A stretch of DNA of 64,000 nucleotides from positions 64,001-128,000 of the IMG/VR virus record IMGVR_UViG_2767802241_000002; one strand, given 5' to 3'. Origin of the DNA: a virus (Duplodnaviria > Caudoviricetes). This document shows, in pieces, positions 28,651-37,448 of this stretch. Made by a program: the position numbers and the translations under genes. The notes beneath the pieces were generated by a model that did no database searches, was not told the origin of the DNA, and saw only the letters and a list, made by a program, of their open reading frames with translations. Positions within the stretch are counted from its first letter, which is position 1; each line of letters opens with the position of its first letter.

Positions 28651-29182
28651 ATATCTCATTGCTGGAACACTAGCCGCCTCGCTTACCGCAGGCGGTTTTT
28701 TTATATCTGGTGTAAGTGATCAGCAGGTGCAAGAGACTGCAAAAGCAGAAGGGTTCACAGCAAAGCCAATTATTCCAGTAAAAGGGGATGTGCCCACGAT
28801 TGGTCACGGCACGACAAAATACCCTAATGGGGTACGAGTTAAAATGTCAGATCCAGAAATTACACGTAAGCAAGCGCATGAATACTTGAAAACACATATA
28901 AATCAGGAAGCCAGAGGGTTTAACAATTCATTAAATGGGGTGAAGGTGTCTCAGGCAGAGTACGACCTTTATATGGACTTTGTTTACAACTTCGGTATTG
29001 GTAACTGGCAATCATCATCAATGCTTCGCAACTTGAAAGCAGGACAATATACGCAAGCCTGTAAGTCGCTTTTGCTATACAAGTTTTCGTCTGGTCGTAA
29101 CTGTTCTATTCGCTCGAATGGCTGCTATGGCGTCTGGACCCGACAAGTCGATCGGCATAAGAAATGCTTGGAGGCACAATGA
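28637..29182 (+). CDS. Endolysin, GH24 lysozyme with SAR-like N-terminus
   Basis: EGF..GDVPTIGHGTT; DFVYNFG; Gly/Ala-rich N-terminal anchor. Confidence 0.9.
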   Translation: MSKSKYLIAGTLAASLTAGGFFISGVSDQQVQETAKAEGFTAKPIIPVKGDVPTIGHGTTKYPNGVRVKMSDPEITRKQAHEYLKTHINQEARGFNNSLNGVKVSQAEYDLYMDFVYNFGIGNWQSSSMLRNLKAGQYTQACKSLLLYKFSSGRNCSIRSNGCYGVWTRQVDRHKKCLEAQ

Positions 29183-29664
29183 ACTGGTACCTGATTTGGA
29201 AATACAAACACTGGATCGCAATCGCGGTCCTTTCTTTTATGTACCTTGGGCAAGTGGCTTATACCAATCATTTAGGTGGTGAGTTGCGTACGGCCGAGGC
29301 AAAACATCAAGCTTATATCGATAACCAAGAAAAACTGTTAGTGCTGGCACGGGCCGATGCTGCTGTTAAAGAAAAGCAATGGTCTGAACAACTGTTAAAA
29401 GCGGAGAGAAATTACAATGTTCGAATTAAACAAATCGCTGCTGATGCTGCTAGTGCTCAGTCCGCTGCTGACAGCTTGTCAAAGCAACTCGATACAGCCA
29501 AAAGCCGTATGTCCACAGCTCCCCGTGAGACCATCATTAAGTACGTCAATACCAGCTCAGACATACTTAAAGAGTGTGTCGCTGAATATCGAACGCTGGC
29601 AGAAGCAGCTGACGGGCACGCAGCTGATGCAAAGCGATTAATCGATGCTTGGCCTTCGGAGTAA
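29179..29664 (+). CDS. Inner-membrane spanin (Rz-like)
   Basis: N-terminal TM and coiled coil; follows endolysin. Confidence 0.82.
   Translation: MNWYLIWKYKHWIAIAVLSFMYLGQVAYTNHLGGELRTAEAKHQAYIDNQEKLLVLARADAAVKEKQWSEQLLKAERNYNVRIKQIAADAASAQSAADSLSKQLDTAKSRMSTAPRETIIKYVNTSSDILKECVAEYRTLAEAADGHAADAKRLIDAWPSE
29417..29641 (+). CDS. Outer-membrane spanin lipoprotein (Rz1-like), embedded in Rz
   Basis: LLMLLVLSPLLTAC lipobox; Pro-rich; +1 frame inside Rz. Confidence 0.8.
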   Translation: MFELNKSLLMLLVLSPLLTACQSNSIQPKAVCPQLPVRPSLSTSIPAQTYLKSVSLNIERWQKQLTGTQLMQSD

Positions 29665-29677
29665 TGGTTTTGATTAT

Positions 29678-30856
29678 TTAGTATTTCTGCAAAGTTAATA
29701 ACCATTGTGATATTGATGTTTTAGCGATCCCTAACATTAATTCGTATGTAGGGGTCACTAATTTCTCAATGGTTTTATCCTGAGTTTCAGAAAATTGTAT
29801 AGTTTCAAAAAATTTATTGTAAATTGATTGTGGGTCTGTATGGGGTGGTTGTTTACCTGCGTGCACAAAGCCGCTTCTATAAGCATATGTCTTTTTGATG
29901 ATAGATATCAGATCATTTTTTTGCATTTTTGAAGGGTGAAATTCAGATGATGAGTCATATGGATATTCATTCCAATCATATCTTGAGATAACTATATTCT
30001 CCCAAATTTCAGGGGGAGCAAATTCAAAAATAAAATCAGTAAAGATATCAGTCAAAGCTTTCTTGTCATTTGCATGTCTAATTCTTTTATATTCTGCAAA
30101 TAATTCCTCGAGTGATGGATCGCCTTTAGTTAGTTCTTGCCAGTGACTTTCTTTAAGCCTTGTATCAATGTTACGTTCAACTTTTAGACTGTTTTTGTTG
30201 TTCTGAGCAACAGCCTCAATAGCTGAAATCAATAATAAATATGCTAAACCAAAATCGTCTCTTTTAAAAACCAGAGATAATTGAAGTAACCGTATAGACT
30301 GAAGAAAAATTACATAGTTCTTTTCGCTAATGGTTTTTAAATTTTCAATAAGTTCATTTAATTCGAGTATAAAACAATCCTCTTCATCTGTTTTAAGTAA
30401 GCTGATATGAGCTCCTGGGCCAGCTGCTAAGAATGGAAGAGTTAATGCAACTTCATCGATACAGTGCTGTGGAATATTATTAATGTCATTAAACTCTAAT
30501 CCGTAGCCATTTCGTGGGCTTTTAACTGGGGTTAGCGTCACAAAACTGACTAATGTACTAAGAATTTCTCCAAACAGATGTGGTTGTGTGGATAGTTTAT
30601 TTAATATCCAATTAGGATTTTCAAGAAAACTAAAAAGCGATTTATAAGAAGCAGGAAGACTAATACTTATACTTGGTTGAATGGTGAAATCCGCAAGTTT
30701 CCAAGGTTTACTTATTTCAAAAGTTGTGCTTATACAACTAAATGATGGTTGTTTTTCACCAAATTGGAATTCCTGATTCTTGTTGTATAAATCTGATCGC
30801 AAGTAGTATAAACACTCTTCGAACAAAACATGGTCTGCTAATACAAATCTAGGCAT
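29678..30856 (-). CDS. HEPN-domain protein (ApeA/MAE_28990-like), candidate anti-phage RNase
   Basis: AYLLLISAIEA and YAYRSGFVHAG (RxxxxH); AT-rich; convergent to lysis genes. Confidence 0.72.
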   Translation of the reverse strand: MPRFVLADHVLFEECLYYLRSDLYNKNQEFQFGEKQPSFSCISTTFEISKPWKLADFTIQPSISISLPASYKSLFSFLENPNWILNKLSTQPHLFGEILSTLVSFVTLTPVKSPRNGYGLEFNDINNIPQHCIDEVALTLPFLAAGPGAHISLLKTDEEDCFILELNELIENLKTISEKNYVIFLQSIRLLQLSLVFKRDDFGLAYLLLISAIEAVAQNNKNSLKVERNIDTRLKESHWQELTKGDPSLEELFAEYKRIRHANDKKALTDIFTDFIFEFAPPEIWENIVISRYDWNEYPYDSSSEFHPSKMQKNDLISIIKKTYAYRSGFVHAGKQPPHTDPQSIYNKFFETIQFSETQDKTIEKLVTPTYELMLGIAKTSISQWLLTLQKY

Positions 30857-31096
30857 ATTCTAACTAACCTTAATTAAAACAATCAGAAGGGTAACATGAT
30901 AATTTAAAATATGTATGACGGTTTGAGATTAGCGTACGATGTTGTCACCTAATTTTGTTGTTGTAAATAATGTGGTAGTTTACGACAGGTTTCTTGACAG
31001 CTTATAATTCTAGATAGTGATACACTATCAAAAATAAAACATAACATATTGAAAAACATGAATATAAAAATAATAGAGTTTAATAGCAATTCATTG

Positions 31097-31120
31097 AAAC
31101 GGGTTCAACTCCCATCACCC
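31097..31120 (+). other. Degenerate tmRNA/tRNA T-arm fragment (relic att site)
   Basis: GGG-TTCAACT-CCC T-arm; no full cloverleaf or CCA. Confidence 0.45.
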
Positions 31121-31264
31121 CTTAAATTTATCCCTGCATCTTTCCTGGTTAGGATTCATTTTTAATATTCCGCATTTTTCCACATGTATTAACCTAACTA
31201 TATGATATTTATTTTAATAATTTCCCCGACCCTCGGGACCAAGATTCAGAATCTTAGATTCTAT

Positions 31265-31300
31265 AAAAAACCCCAAGCATATAAGCCTTGGGGTTTTTTT
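31265..31300. terminator. Bidirectional intrinsic terminator
   Basis: A6-CCCCAAG..CTTGGGG-T7. Confidence 0.75.
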
Positions 31301-31338
31301 ATTGTCTAAATTTAAAGGCAGTGAAAAGCAGTCTACGT

Positions 31339-31537
31339 TGCTGACAGCTTGTCAAAGCAACTCAGTGAAGCCCAACGCCGTGTGCCCACAGCTACCACCA
31401 AAACCATCGTTGAATACATCGATGCCAGCGCAGACGTACTCAAAGCGTGCGTCGCTGAATATCGAACAGTGGCAGAAGCAGCTGACGGACACGCAGCTGA
31501 TGCACGGCGATTGAGTGAGGGGTGGCCAATAGATTAG
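31339..31537 (+). pseudogene. 5'-truncated second copy of Rz/Rz1 spanin 3' end
   Basis: TGCTGACAGCTTGTCAAAGCAACTC matches 29466 onward; both overlapping frames kept but no TM or signal peptide. Confidence 0.85.
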
Positions 31538-31620
31538 GCCACTCTAAATTTACACAACAAAATTGAGACTTGTATTTGATTATGATAAAAATATGCAAAA
31601 TATTTTAGAAAAGAAGAACG

Positions 31621-32139
31621 ATGAAAGGTTTTGCAATTCATAATGCCCCAACGGATCACGGCGGTTTAATTCCATCGACTCAGGTTAGAAGCTCACAGCA
31701 AGGCAATTTATTTGTACGTGCTGGTGATGGTCATTTTTGCCCTAAGTGTAAATGCTGGTCTACAGTAATCAAAAGCCACGATCTCATAATCTTTGATGGT
31801 AAGGCTGTGGCTTATGCAGGGGACAAGTTAACTTGCGGTGCAACTATTCAACCACAGCAATCTCATGTTGTGGGAGATAGTGGAGGGGTTAATTATACTG
31901 GTGTTGACAATTTAAAAGTGGAAATTTTAAGTTACTCTGATAAATATCAGCTTTTAGATGAAAGTACATCTGAGCCACTTATTAATCAGCATTATAAAAT
32001 TTATAGAGAAAGTGGGGATATTATAGAAGGAAAGACTGATAATAATGGTTATACACAAAATATTTTAAATGACAACAATGCTGAGGTGGTTACAATTGAG
32101 GTTGTTGGGGGTGATGTGGATTTAAAGGATTTATTATAA
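31621..32139 (+). CDS. PAAR-family T6SS spike protein with C-terminal extension
   Basis: TDHGG..RAGDGHFCPKC..GKAVAYAGDKLTCGATI; C-terminal EPLINQHYKI..EGKTDNNGYT transthyretin-like tail. Confidence 0.85.
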   Translation: MKGFAIHNAPTDHGGLIPSTQVRSSQQGNLFVRAGDGHFCPKCKCWSTVIKSHDLIIFDGKAVAYAGDKLTCGATIQPQQSHVVGDSGGVNYTGVDNLKVEILSYSDKYQLLDESTSEPLINQHYKIYRESGDIIEGKTDNNGYTQNILNDNNAEVVTIEVVGGDVDLKDLL

Positions 32140-32678
32140 TGAAAATATCGAGAACTTTAAGGCCGGATAATAGAGAAAAAGAACCTGTTAAAATTTTAGT
32201 TAAAACAAGATACCGAATATACATTATTTTAAATAATAATTTTATAATTACTGGTACTCATGCAGGAATGTTATTAATAAGCCCAAAAGGATATGAGCTA
32301 TATGACCCAAACGGTAATTTTCACTATGAAGGTATTGCAGAAGGCACAATGCGCGTTTTCCCAGTAGATATCACTGACCATAAAACTCAAAAAGACATTT
32401 TTAAAAAATATTTAGATTTTCAGCATGTTGAAGGTGAAGACGTTTATATCTATACATTTCATGTAAGTAAAAATGAGTTTGATGAGGTACAAAAAAGAAT
32501 TTATGATCAAGTGAGATGTGGAGGTTCTTTTAGTTGTACCAAATGTGTATCAAATGCCGTTGCTGGGATTGGTGTGTTTAAGAGTATAGATCAAGATGTT
32601 TTTTTACCATCCTCACTCAAAAGACAGCTGGATAAAATATCAACACCCATAAGAATTGCAAGGAATACAAATGAATAA
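32139..32678 (+). CDS. Putative T6SS effector, permuted NlpC/P60 (papain-like)
   Basis: His (THAGM), Asp (YDPNG), then Cys (SCTKCVS); TAATG-coupled to PAAR. Confidence 0.55.
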   Translation: MKISRTLRPDNREKEPVKILVKTRYRIYIILNNNFIITGTHAGMLLISPKGYELYDPNGNFHYEGIAEGTMRVFPVDITDHKTQKDIFKKYLDFQHVEGEDVYIYTFHVSKNEFDEVQKRIYDQVRCGGSFSCTKCVSNAVAGIGVFKSIDQDVFLPSSLKRQLDKISTPIRIARNTNE

Positions 32679-33066
32679 GAAGCTACTAATTTTGGATTTT
32701 ATATTATTGAATTTGCAGATTAGTATTGGTTTAATTTTAAGTTTTTCAACGATAAAATATTTTTATATTGGTGAGGGCTATATAGGCTACATATGGGCGG
32801 TAGTTATAATATGTAATATACTTTTTATAATATTTATGAAATTTCAGAAAGTGCTTACTCTAAAAAATTTTATTATTATTTCGCTGTCTGCAAGCTTGGT
32901 TGGATTTTTTACCCAAATATCAAATAAGCCAACTGCCAATATTTCATTAGAGAATTTTGTTTATATGTATATTGGAAGCATATTTGTATTGTATTTGATT
33001 ATAAGTAGTCCTATATCTTTGATTATTGAGTGTATTTATAAGAAAAGATTTTTAAAAGCGAGATGA
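32671..33066 (+). CDS. Putative immunity protein, about 4 TM helices
   Basis: Very hydrophobic; overlaps effector stop; AAGGA RBS. Confidence 0.6.
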   Translation: MNKKLLILDFILLNLQISIGLILSFSTIKYFYIGEGYIGYIWAVVIICNILFIIFMKFQKVLTLKNFIIISLSASLVGFFTQISNKPTANISLENFVYMYIGSIFVLYLIISSPISLIIECIYKKRFLKAR

Positions 33067-33273
33067 CATTGTTATTTCTATTCTAATAAATGATGGATTC
33101 TCATAAATTAAAATCAACAGAAGTTTTACGCTGACCTAATGTTGGTATTGCCGACATCAATTTACTCGGAAATTTGATACTAAAACCTGAATTAAGGCTA
33201 AATCCCCAATTTGTCAACCAAGATTTATGGCTAAAAAGGGGATTTGTCAACTAAGTGAATTTGCCTTAAAGAG

Positions 33274-34287
33274 TTATTGGGCATCTAGCATATCTGCAAT
33301 ATCATCAATATCAGGGTTGTAGTAAGTATTGACTAACATTTTTATATTTCGATGACCGGTGACTTTTGCTAAAACCTCAACAGGGAGTTTCTGATTATTC
33401 ACAAATCTAGTAATTGCTTCGTGCCGGGTGTCGTGAAAGTGAAGATCACTAAGTCCTACTTTACTTTTCCTTCTTTCCCACATTAAACGAAAAGCATTTT
33501 CTGATTGAGGGATAAGCCTTTCATTATCATGTTGAATTAGGCTGAGAAGAGCTAAAGCTTTTTTGGTCAGGGGCACATTTCTAGAGTCGCCATTTTTTGT
33601 TTCCGAAAGGTGAATATGCCGATCAAAAATATCAGTCATCTTAATATTTAGAATTTCCCCACGGCGCATAGCAGTTTCAAGTGCAAATAAAAATGCCCAT
33701 GCAACATAATGCTCTGGATCACTAGGGATTTGATCAAATTGATAATTAAGAGCCTCTAAAATTTTCTTAATCTCATCATCTCTAATTCTGCGATTCCTTG
33801 CTTTGGGCTTGGTTGGTTTTTTTATCAGCAGCCAAGGGTTGGAATCAATTAGAAATAGCTCTTTCACGGCATATGAAAAAACTGCACTATATAATGCTAT
33901 TTCTCTTAATACGGTATTTGGTCCAACCACTTTTAATCTTGTGTTGCGCCAGTTTGTTAAATGGCGTGGCGTGATATCGTAAATGGACATGTTTGCCAAC
34001 TCACCAAATTTATCCTCAAAAGATTTTAACTGCTCTTTGACATAGATCGCACCGCGTAGGCTTTTCCCTACATTTTCATAATATTTATAAAATAGGGTTT
34101 TAAAAGGGTAGTGAGGTTTTATGTCAGATTCTTTATCAGAGAGTCTTGCCTTGCTTTCAAGAATTTTCTGAGCAGCCCATTGTTCGCATTCTTTAATCGT
34201 GTCTCTGGTGCACGACAGTCTTTCACCATTGATCATGATCTTTATGCGGTACGAACTACCACGTTTTTCTGGCTTTGGAATTTTCAT
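33274..34287 (-). CDS. int: Tyrosine integrase of prophage 1
   Basis: AMRRGEI, HFHDTRH, GHRNIKML..YY catalytic motifs; next to the tRNA fragment. Confidence 0.95.
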   Translation of the reverse strand: MKIPKPEKRGSSYRIKIMINGERLSCTRDTIKECEQWAAQKILESKARLSDKESDIKPHYPFKTLFYKYYENVGKSLRGAIYVKEQLKSFEDKFGELANMSIYDITPRHLTNWRNTRLKVVGPNTVLREIALYSAVFSYAVKELFLIDSNPWLLIKKPTKPKARNRRIRDDEIKKILEALNYQFDQIPSDPEHYVAWAFLFALETAMRRGEILNIKMTDIFDRHIHLSETKNGDSRNVPLTKKALALLSLIQHDNERLIPQSENAFRLMWERRKSKVGLSDLHFHDTRHEAITRFVNNQKLPVEVLAKVTGHRNIKMLVNTYYNPDIDDIADMLDAQ

Positions 34288-34314
34288 AGATTACCCCCTG
34301 AAAAGCAGGATAAC

Positions 34315-34336
34315 CTTGGGGCAATCTTGGGACAAT
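34315..34336. promoter_or_regulatory. Candidate arm-type integrase sites (left arm)
   Basis: Tandem 11-mers CTTGGGGCAAT/CTTGGGACAAT. Confidence 0.55.
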
Positions 34337-34410
34337 TTATTCCCCAATTTCCCAATAAATTGGGGAAAACAAGGAAATTGAGGAAATAGGGTGATGTAAT
34401 AGCAGGCATT

Positions 34411-34450
34411 AAAAAAGGCTCCAAGCTATTGATATAACTTGAAACCTTTT
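34411..34450 (-). terminator. Terminator after the tRNA 3' fragment, containing an IHF consensus site
   Basis: 16-bp stem with G-U pairs and U run on minus strand; TATCAATAGCTTG (34422-34434) fits WATCAANNNNTTR. Confidence 0.7.
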
Positions 34451-34469
34451 AGCCGTAAGGCTTTAAACT

Positions 34470-34514
34470 TGGTAGGCATATCCAGATTTGAACTGGAGAC
34501 CTCTACGATGTCAA
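34470..34514 (-). tRNA. 3' half of tRNA-Val(GAC) = att core between the tandem prophages (not a functional tRNA)
   Basis: Minus strand TTGACAT CGTAG AGGTC TCCAG TTCAAAT CTGGA TATGCCT ACCA; 5' half absent. Confidence 0.88.
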
Positions 34515-34553
34515 GGAATGAGAATTGCAATTAAAACAATTACTTATGTTTAA

Positions 34554-34590
34554 TTGGCGTAATTTTGGCGTAAATGTGAAGTTATCCACA
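34554..34590. promoter_or_regulatory. Candidate arm-type sites (right arm) plus a DnaA-box 9-mer
   Basis: TTGGCGTAA at 34554 and 34565; TTATCCACA at 34582-34590. Confidence 0.5.
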
Positions 34591-34647
34591 ATATTATTTA
34601 TTAGTTTGTAGTGTATTTTATCATATTAAAGATATTAAAAAAGAGAG

Positions 34648-34947
34648 CTAACTTGCTCTCTTTCTTCCTCGCTTAGATGAGGCTCCTTGAAGTATTCCAG
34701 AAGCCAGTTCTGGATCGTATAAAGCCTTTCCTATGGTCCCTTGATTAATAGATGATAGTTTTCGGCGAATAGTATCAACTGAGATATTATGCATCTTTGC
34801 TAACTGAGCCGCAGTAACTAACTCTTGTTTAGCTTTCTCTAGTTTAGTGACAGTCGCACCGCAGATATTCTGCCCCAACGTAATTTGTGGTGGAGTATTC
34901 GCCTCTAAAATAACAATATATTGTTGTACGCCCATCACTCTCTCCAC
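34648..34947 (-). CDS. Excisionase-like HTH protein
   Basis: LVTAAQLAKMHNISVDTIRRKL HTH; last leftward early gene before att. Confidence 0.65.
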   Translation of the reverse strand: MERVMGVQQYIVILEANTPPQITLGQNICGATVTKLEKAKQELVTAAQLAKMHNISVDTIRRKLSSINQGTIGKALYDPELASGILQGASSKRGRKRAS

Positions 34948-35067
34948 ATCGCTTCTTTAAATTTCGATTCAGTTATTAATTCTTCAATTTCATATAAATA
35001 AACATTATGAAATATATGGGTCATTTTGTTGCCGAACACAGTAAGTGTCCGGCTGATCGATGAATAG

Positions 35068-36342
35068 CTAAACTTCATGTTCACGCTCCAGTGCTGCACG
35101 GCGTTTATAAACCTCAGCCATCAACTTCTTCTGCATATCCGGTGCTCTGGCACTGATATCTATTTCAAGTGCATCAAGTGCCGTGAGATCTGCTGCATTT
35201 TGAATATCACGCATAAGGCTTGGAGCTTCGGAACTTACTGACTGCTCGAACTGTGATAAACGTTTACTAATAGCAACCAATAATGGTTTACGTTGCTCTT
35301 CGCTCCATGCAGTTGTATAGCGAACTGGCGCATTGGCTTCTGTCGGTGTTTGTGCATTTACTACATCAACAAGCAGATCATCGAGTTTGATTTGATATTC
35401 GCGTTCGTCAAATGCATCCTCTAAATCTTTCAGAATGCTGTTGGTAAACATGCGGGATTGCGCAACAGAGTTCTTTAAGCGTTCCAGTTCATCTTTGCTT
35501 GATGCCTTTGCCACATCAGCTTTAATTTGCTTAGCAATGTTCAAAGGGTTTAATTCATCTGAAATTGAAGCCAGTACTTTCTTACGTTCATCGTATGTGG
35601 TCATTAACAAATGACCTTGTTCGCCGTGTAAATTACGAAGATCAGGCAGCAGGGCTTCTAGTTCTTCAACTGAAGTGGCTGCAGCAATACGTTCACGTAG
35701 AATCTTGATTTCATCTTTATTGTTGCTGAAATCAATCAAGTTATCCGTCTTAACAACGGTATCGCCGACAGCTGTGATGGTTACGGCATCAGGTTCAGCT
35801 GCCTTTAATGACTCAATGGCAGCATCGGTCGAGGTTGTATCTTGAGCATCACTAATTGCAGTTTGTGCCGCTTCCTTTTTAACTCTTGGTTTTCGAGTCT
35901 GCTTGGGTTTTTCGTCATCTAATCGGACAACAGGGCAGTCGCCAACCAGCTCGCGACCTAAAACCCTACTAAATGCCTGTAACTGCCGTTTAGCATTATC
36001 TTCATCTCGTTGCGCAAAACCGCTATTAATTGCTTTAACTAGCTTTGAGAAAGTAGCTTTATTAAACTCACTAATGTGAATAGATGTATCATGCGTATTA
36101 ACGATATAGATTTCCTGACCTTCAACAATTTCATCAAAGGTCAATGGCTTAGTGAAAGTAATACCAGCGATTTCAATTGTTTCAATCTTGATGCAAAATT
36201 CATAACCAGACTTGGCAAAAATGGTCGCAGGGAATTGGTCCAAATCATCAAATTCAAGCATTTCACCTGCAGCACGGCAAAGCACATGCTTGCCGGACAT
36301 TACTGCGTTAAAAGCTTCTTGAGCAGAAATTAGATTGTTCAT
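35068..36342 (-). CDS. Phage early hypothetical protein with repeated helical units
   Basis: 424-aa ORF in the leftward operon. Confidence 0.8.
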   Translation of the reverse strand: MNNLISAQEAFNAVMSGKHVLCRAAGEMLEFDDLDQFPATIFAKSGYEFCIKIETIEIAGITFTKPLTFDEIVEGQEIYIVNTHDTSIHISEFNKATFSKLVKAINSGFAQRDEDNAKRQLQAFSRVLGRELVGDCPVVRLDDEKPKQTRKPRVKKEAAQTAISDAQDTTSTDAAIESLKAAEPDAVTITAVGDTVVKTDNLIDFSNNKDEIKILRERIAAATSVEELEALLPDLRNLHGEQGHLLMTTYDERKKVLASISDELNPLNIAKQIKADVAKASSKDELERLKNSVAQSRMFTNSILKDLEDAFDEREYQIKLDDLLVDVVNAQTPTEANAPVRYTTAWSEEQRKPLLVAISKRLSQFEQSVSSEAPSLMRDIQNAADLTALDALEIDISARAPDMQKKLMAEVYKRRAALEREHEV

Positions 36343-37448
36343 GCCACATTTACCTCGCGTGCATATTTTTCAATATCAGCTATAACTTCAGATAGGCGTG
36401 ATGGGTGGATCTGCATCAGTGAATCAATTCCCAAGTATTCGCATGTTGATTTAACATCAAGACCGCGTGATGCAATTAGCTGTTGCAACTCGTTACGCTG
36501 CTCAACTGTCATTGCTTCCGTTTCATTTGCAGGTTGGTAATTCTGCTGGTGTAACTGAGCCTCATGCTCTCGATTAGCTTGCTCTCTTTTTTGAATAATA
36601 GAGATTAGGCTGTTGCGAGTTTCTTCGAATTTCTGCTGCTGTAGGTCTAGCAAGCTGTTCATTTGGCGCTTAGCGCAATAATTATCAATATTCACACCGG
36701 CTTGAATCATTAGGTTTTCAATTTCTAGGTATTGATCGCCGTTTATTGTTGCGTCGGCAGATCCTGACTCAAGCCATTGCTTTAAGCGGATGCCAGTTTG
36801 CTCTGTAATTTGTTCTGGTTGAACGAATAGTCCGGTACGATCTTTTGTTGCATTTGCATAGTAGTCGCCGTGAGTAATATCTAGAACGGTAGTGAACTCA
36901 TATTCGATACCATCACGTTGCTCTGATTTGAGTCCAAGCTTTTCAACTTTCTTTTTACCGTTGGTATCATTGGTTTGCACGGTGTCCATTTTGCTGCGCA
37001 TAGTGACAATGATGTTGATACTTGAGTGCAGCATTGCATCAATAAATTTACGATGGCGCGGAGTAACCTCACTCCATGCACCCCACGTATTACCTTTAAA
37101 CTTTCCTTTGCCAAGTGCATCTACGATTTCTAAACAACCGCCAACACCCGACCATTCATGTGTAATACTGTCTAAAATAACAGTTGAATATCCAGCGTGT
37201 TCAGCAGCTTGAATTGCGGAAATAAACTTCTCTGGTGAATAAGGTGGTTGAATATTTGCTGTATCGAACTCAACAACATCGGCATAAAGTTCAGCACTAC
37301 TATTTTCTGTATCTACTACAGCAATCTTACCCCCAATGCCTTTAGCAATGAGTAGTGCACCCATTGTTTTACCTGAACCAGTAGGGCCAGAGAGTGCGAG
37401 GCGCAATTTAGCGTTTTTACGTTCTGCTTTTTTGAAAAATACTGACAT
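36339..37448 (-). CDS. Sak4-like AAA ATPase (recombination)
   Basis: GPTGSGKT Walker A, VILDSITHEW Walker B, QRDGIEYEF. Confidence 0.88.
   Translation of the reverse strand: MSVFFKKAERKNAKLRLALSGPTGSGKTMGALLIAKGIGGKIAVVDTENSSAELYADVVEFDTANIQPPYSPEKFISAIQAAEHAGYSTVILDSITHEWSGVGGCLEIVDALGKGKFKGNTWGAWSEVTPRHRKFIDAMLHSSINIIVTMRSKMDTVQTNDTNGKKKVEKLGLKSEQRDGIEYEFTTVLDITHGDYYANATKDRTGLFVQPEQITEQTGIRLKQWLESGSADATINGDQYLEIENLMIQAGVNIDNYCAKRQMNSLLDLQQQKFEETRNSLISIIQKREQANREHEAQLHQQNYQPANETEAMTVEQRNELQQLIASRGLDVKSTCEYLGIDSLMQIHPSRLSEVIADIEKYAREVNVA

Larger units (their letters stand above)
1..34514. mobile_element. Prophage 1, siphovirus-type temperate phage (left end outside window)
   Basis: Contiguous replication, Q, terminase, portal, capsid, tail tube, TMP, tail tip, lysis and integrase genes ending at a tRNA 3' fragment; no sheath gene. 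Confidence 0.95.

Noticed and set aside
31302-31537. Functional second spanin pair
   Set aside because: Lacks the Rz TM anchor and the Rz1 signal peptide; treated as a remnant
34111-34389. Plus-strand ORFs opposite the integrase start
   Set aside because: Antisense to int and overlapping att arm repeats; no motifs
34470-34514. Intact tRNA-Val gene
   Set aside because: D-arm and 5' acceptor strand are absent; only the att core half is present
34582-34590. DnaA box as a replication origin
   Set aside because: A single 9-mer can occur by chance; no box cluster; noted only as context at att
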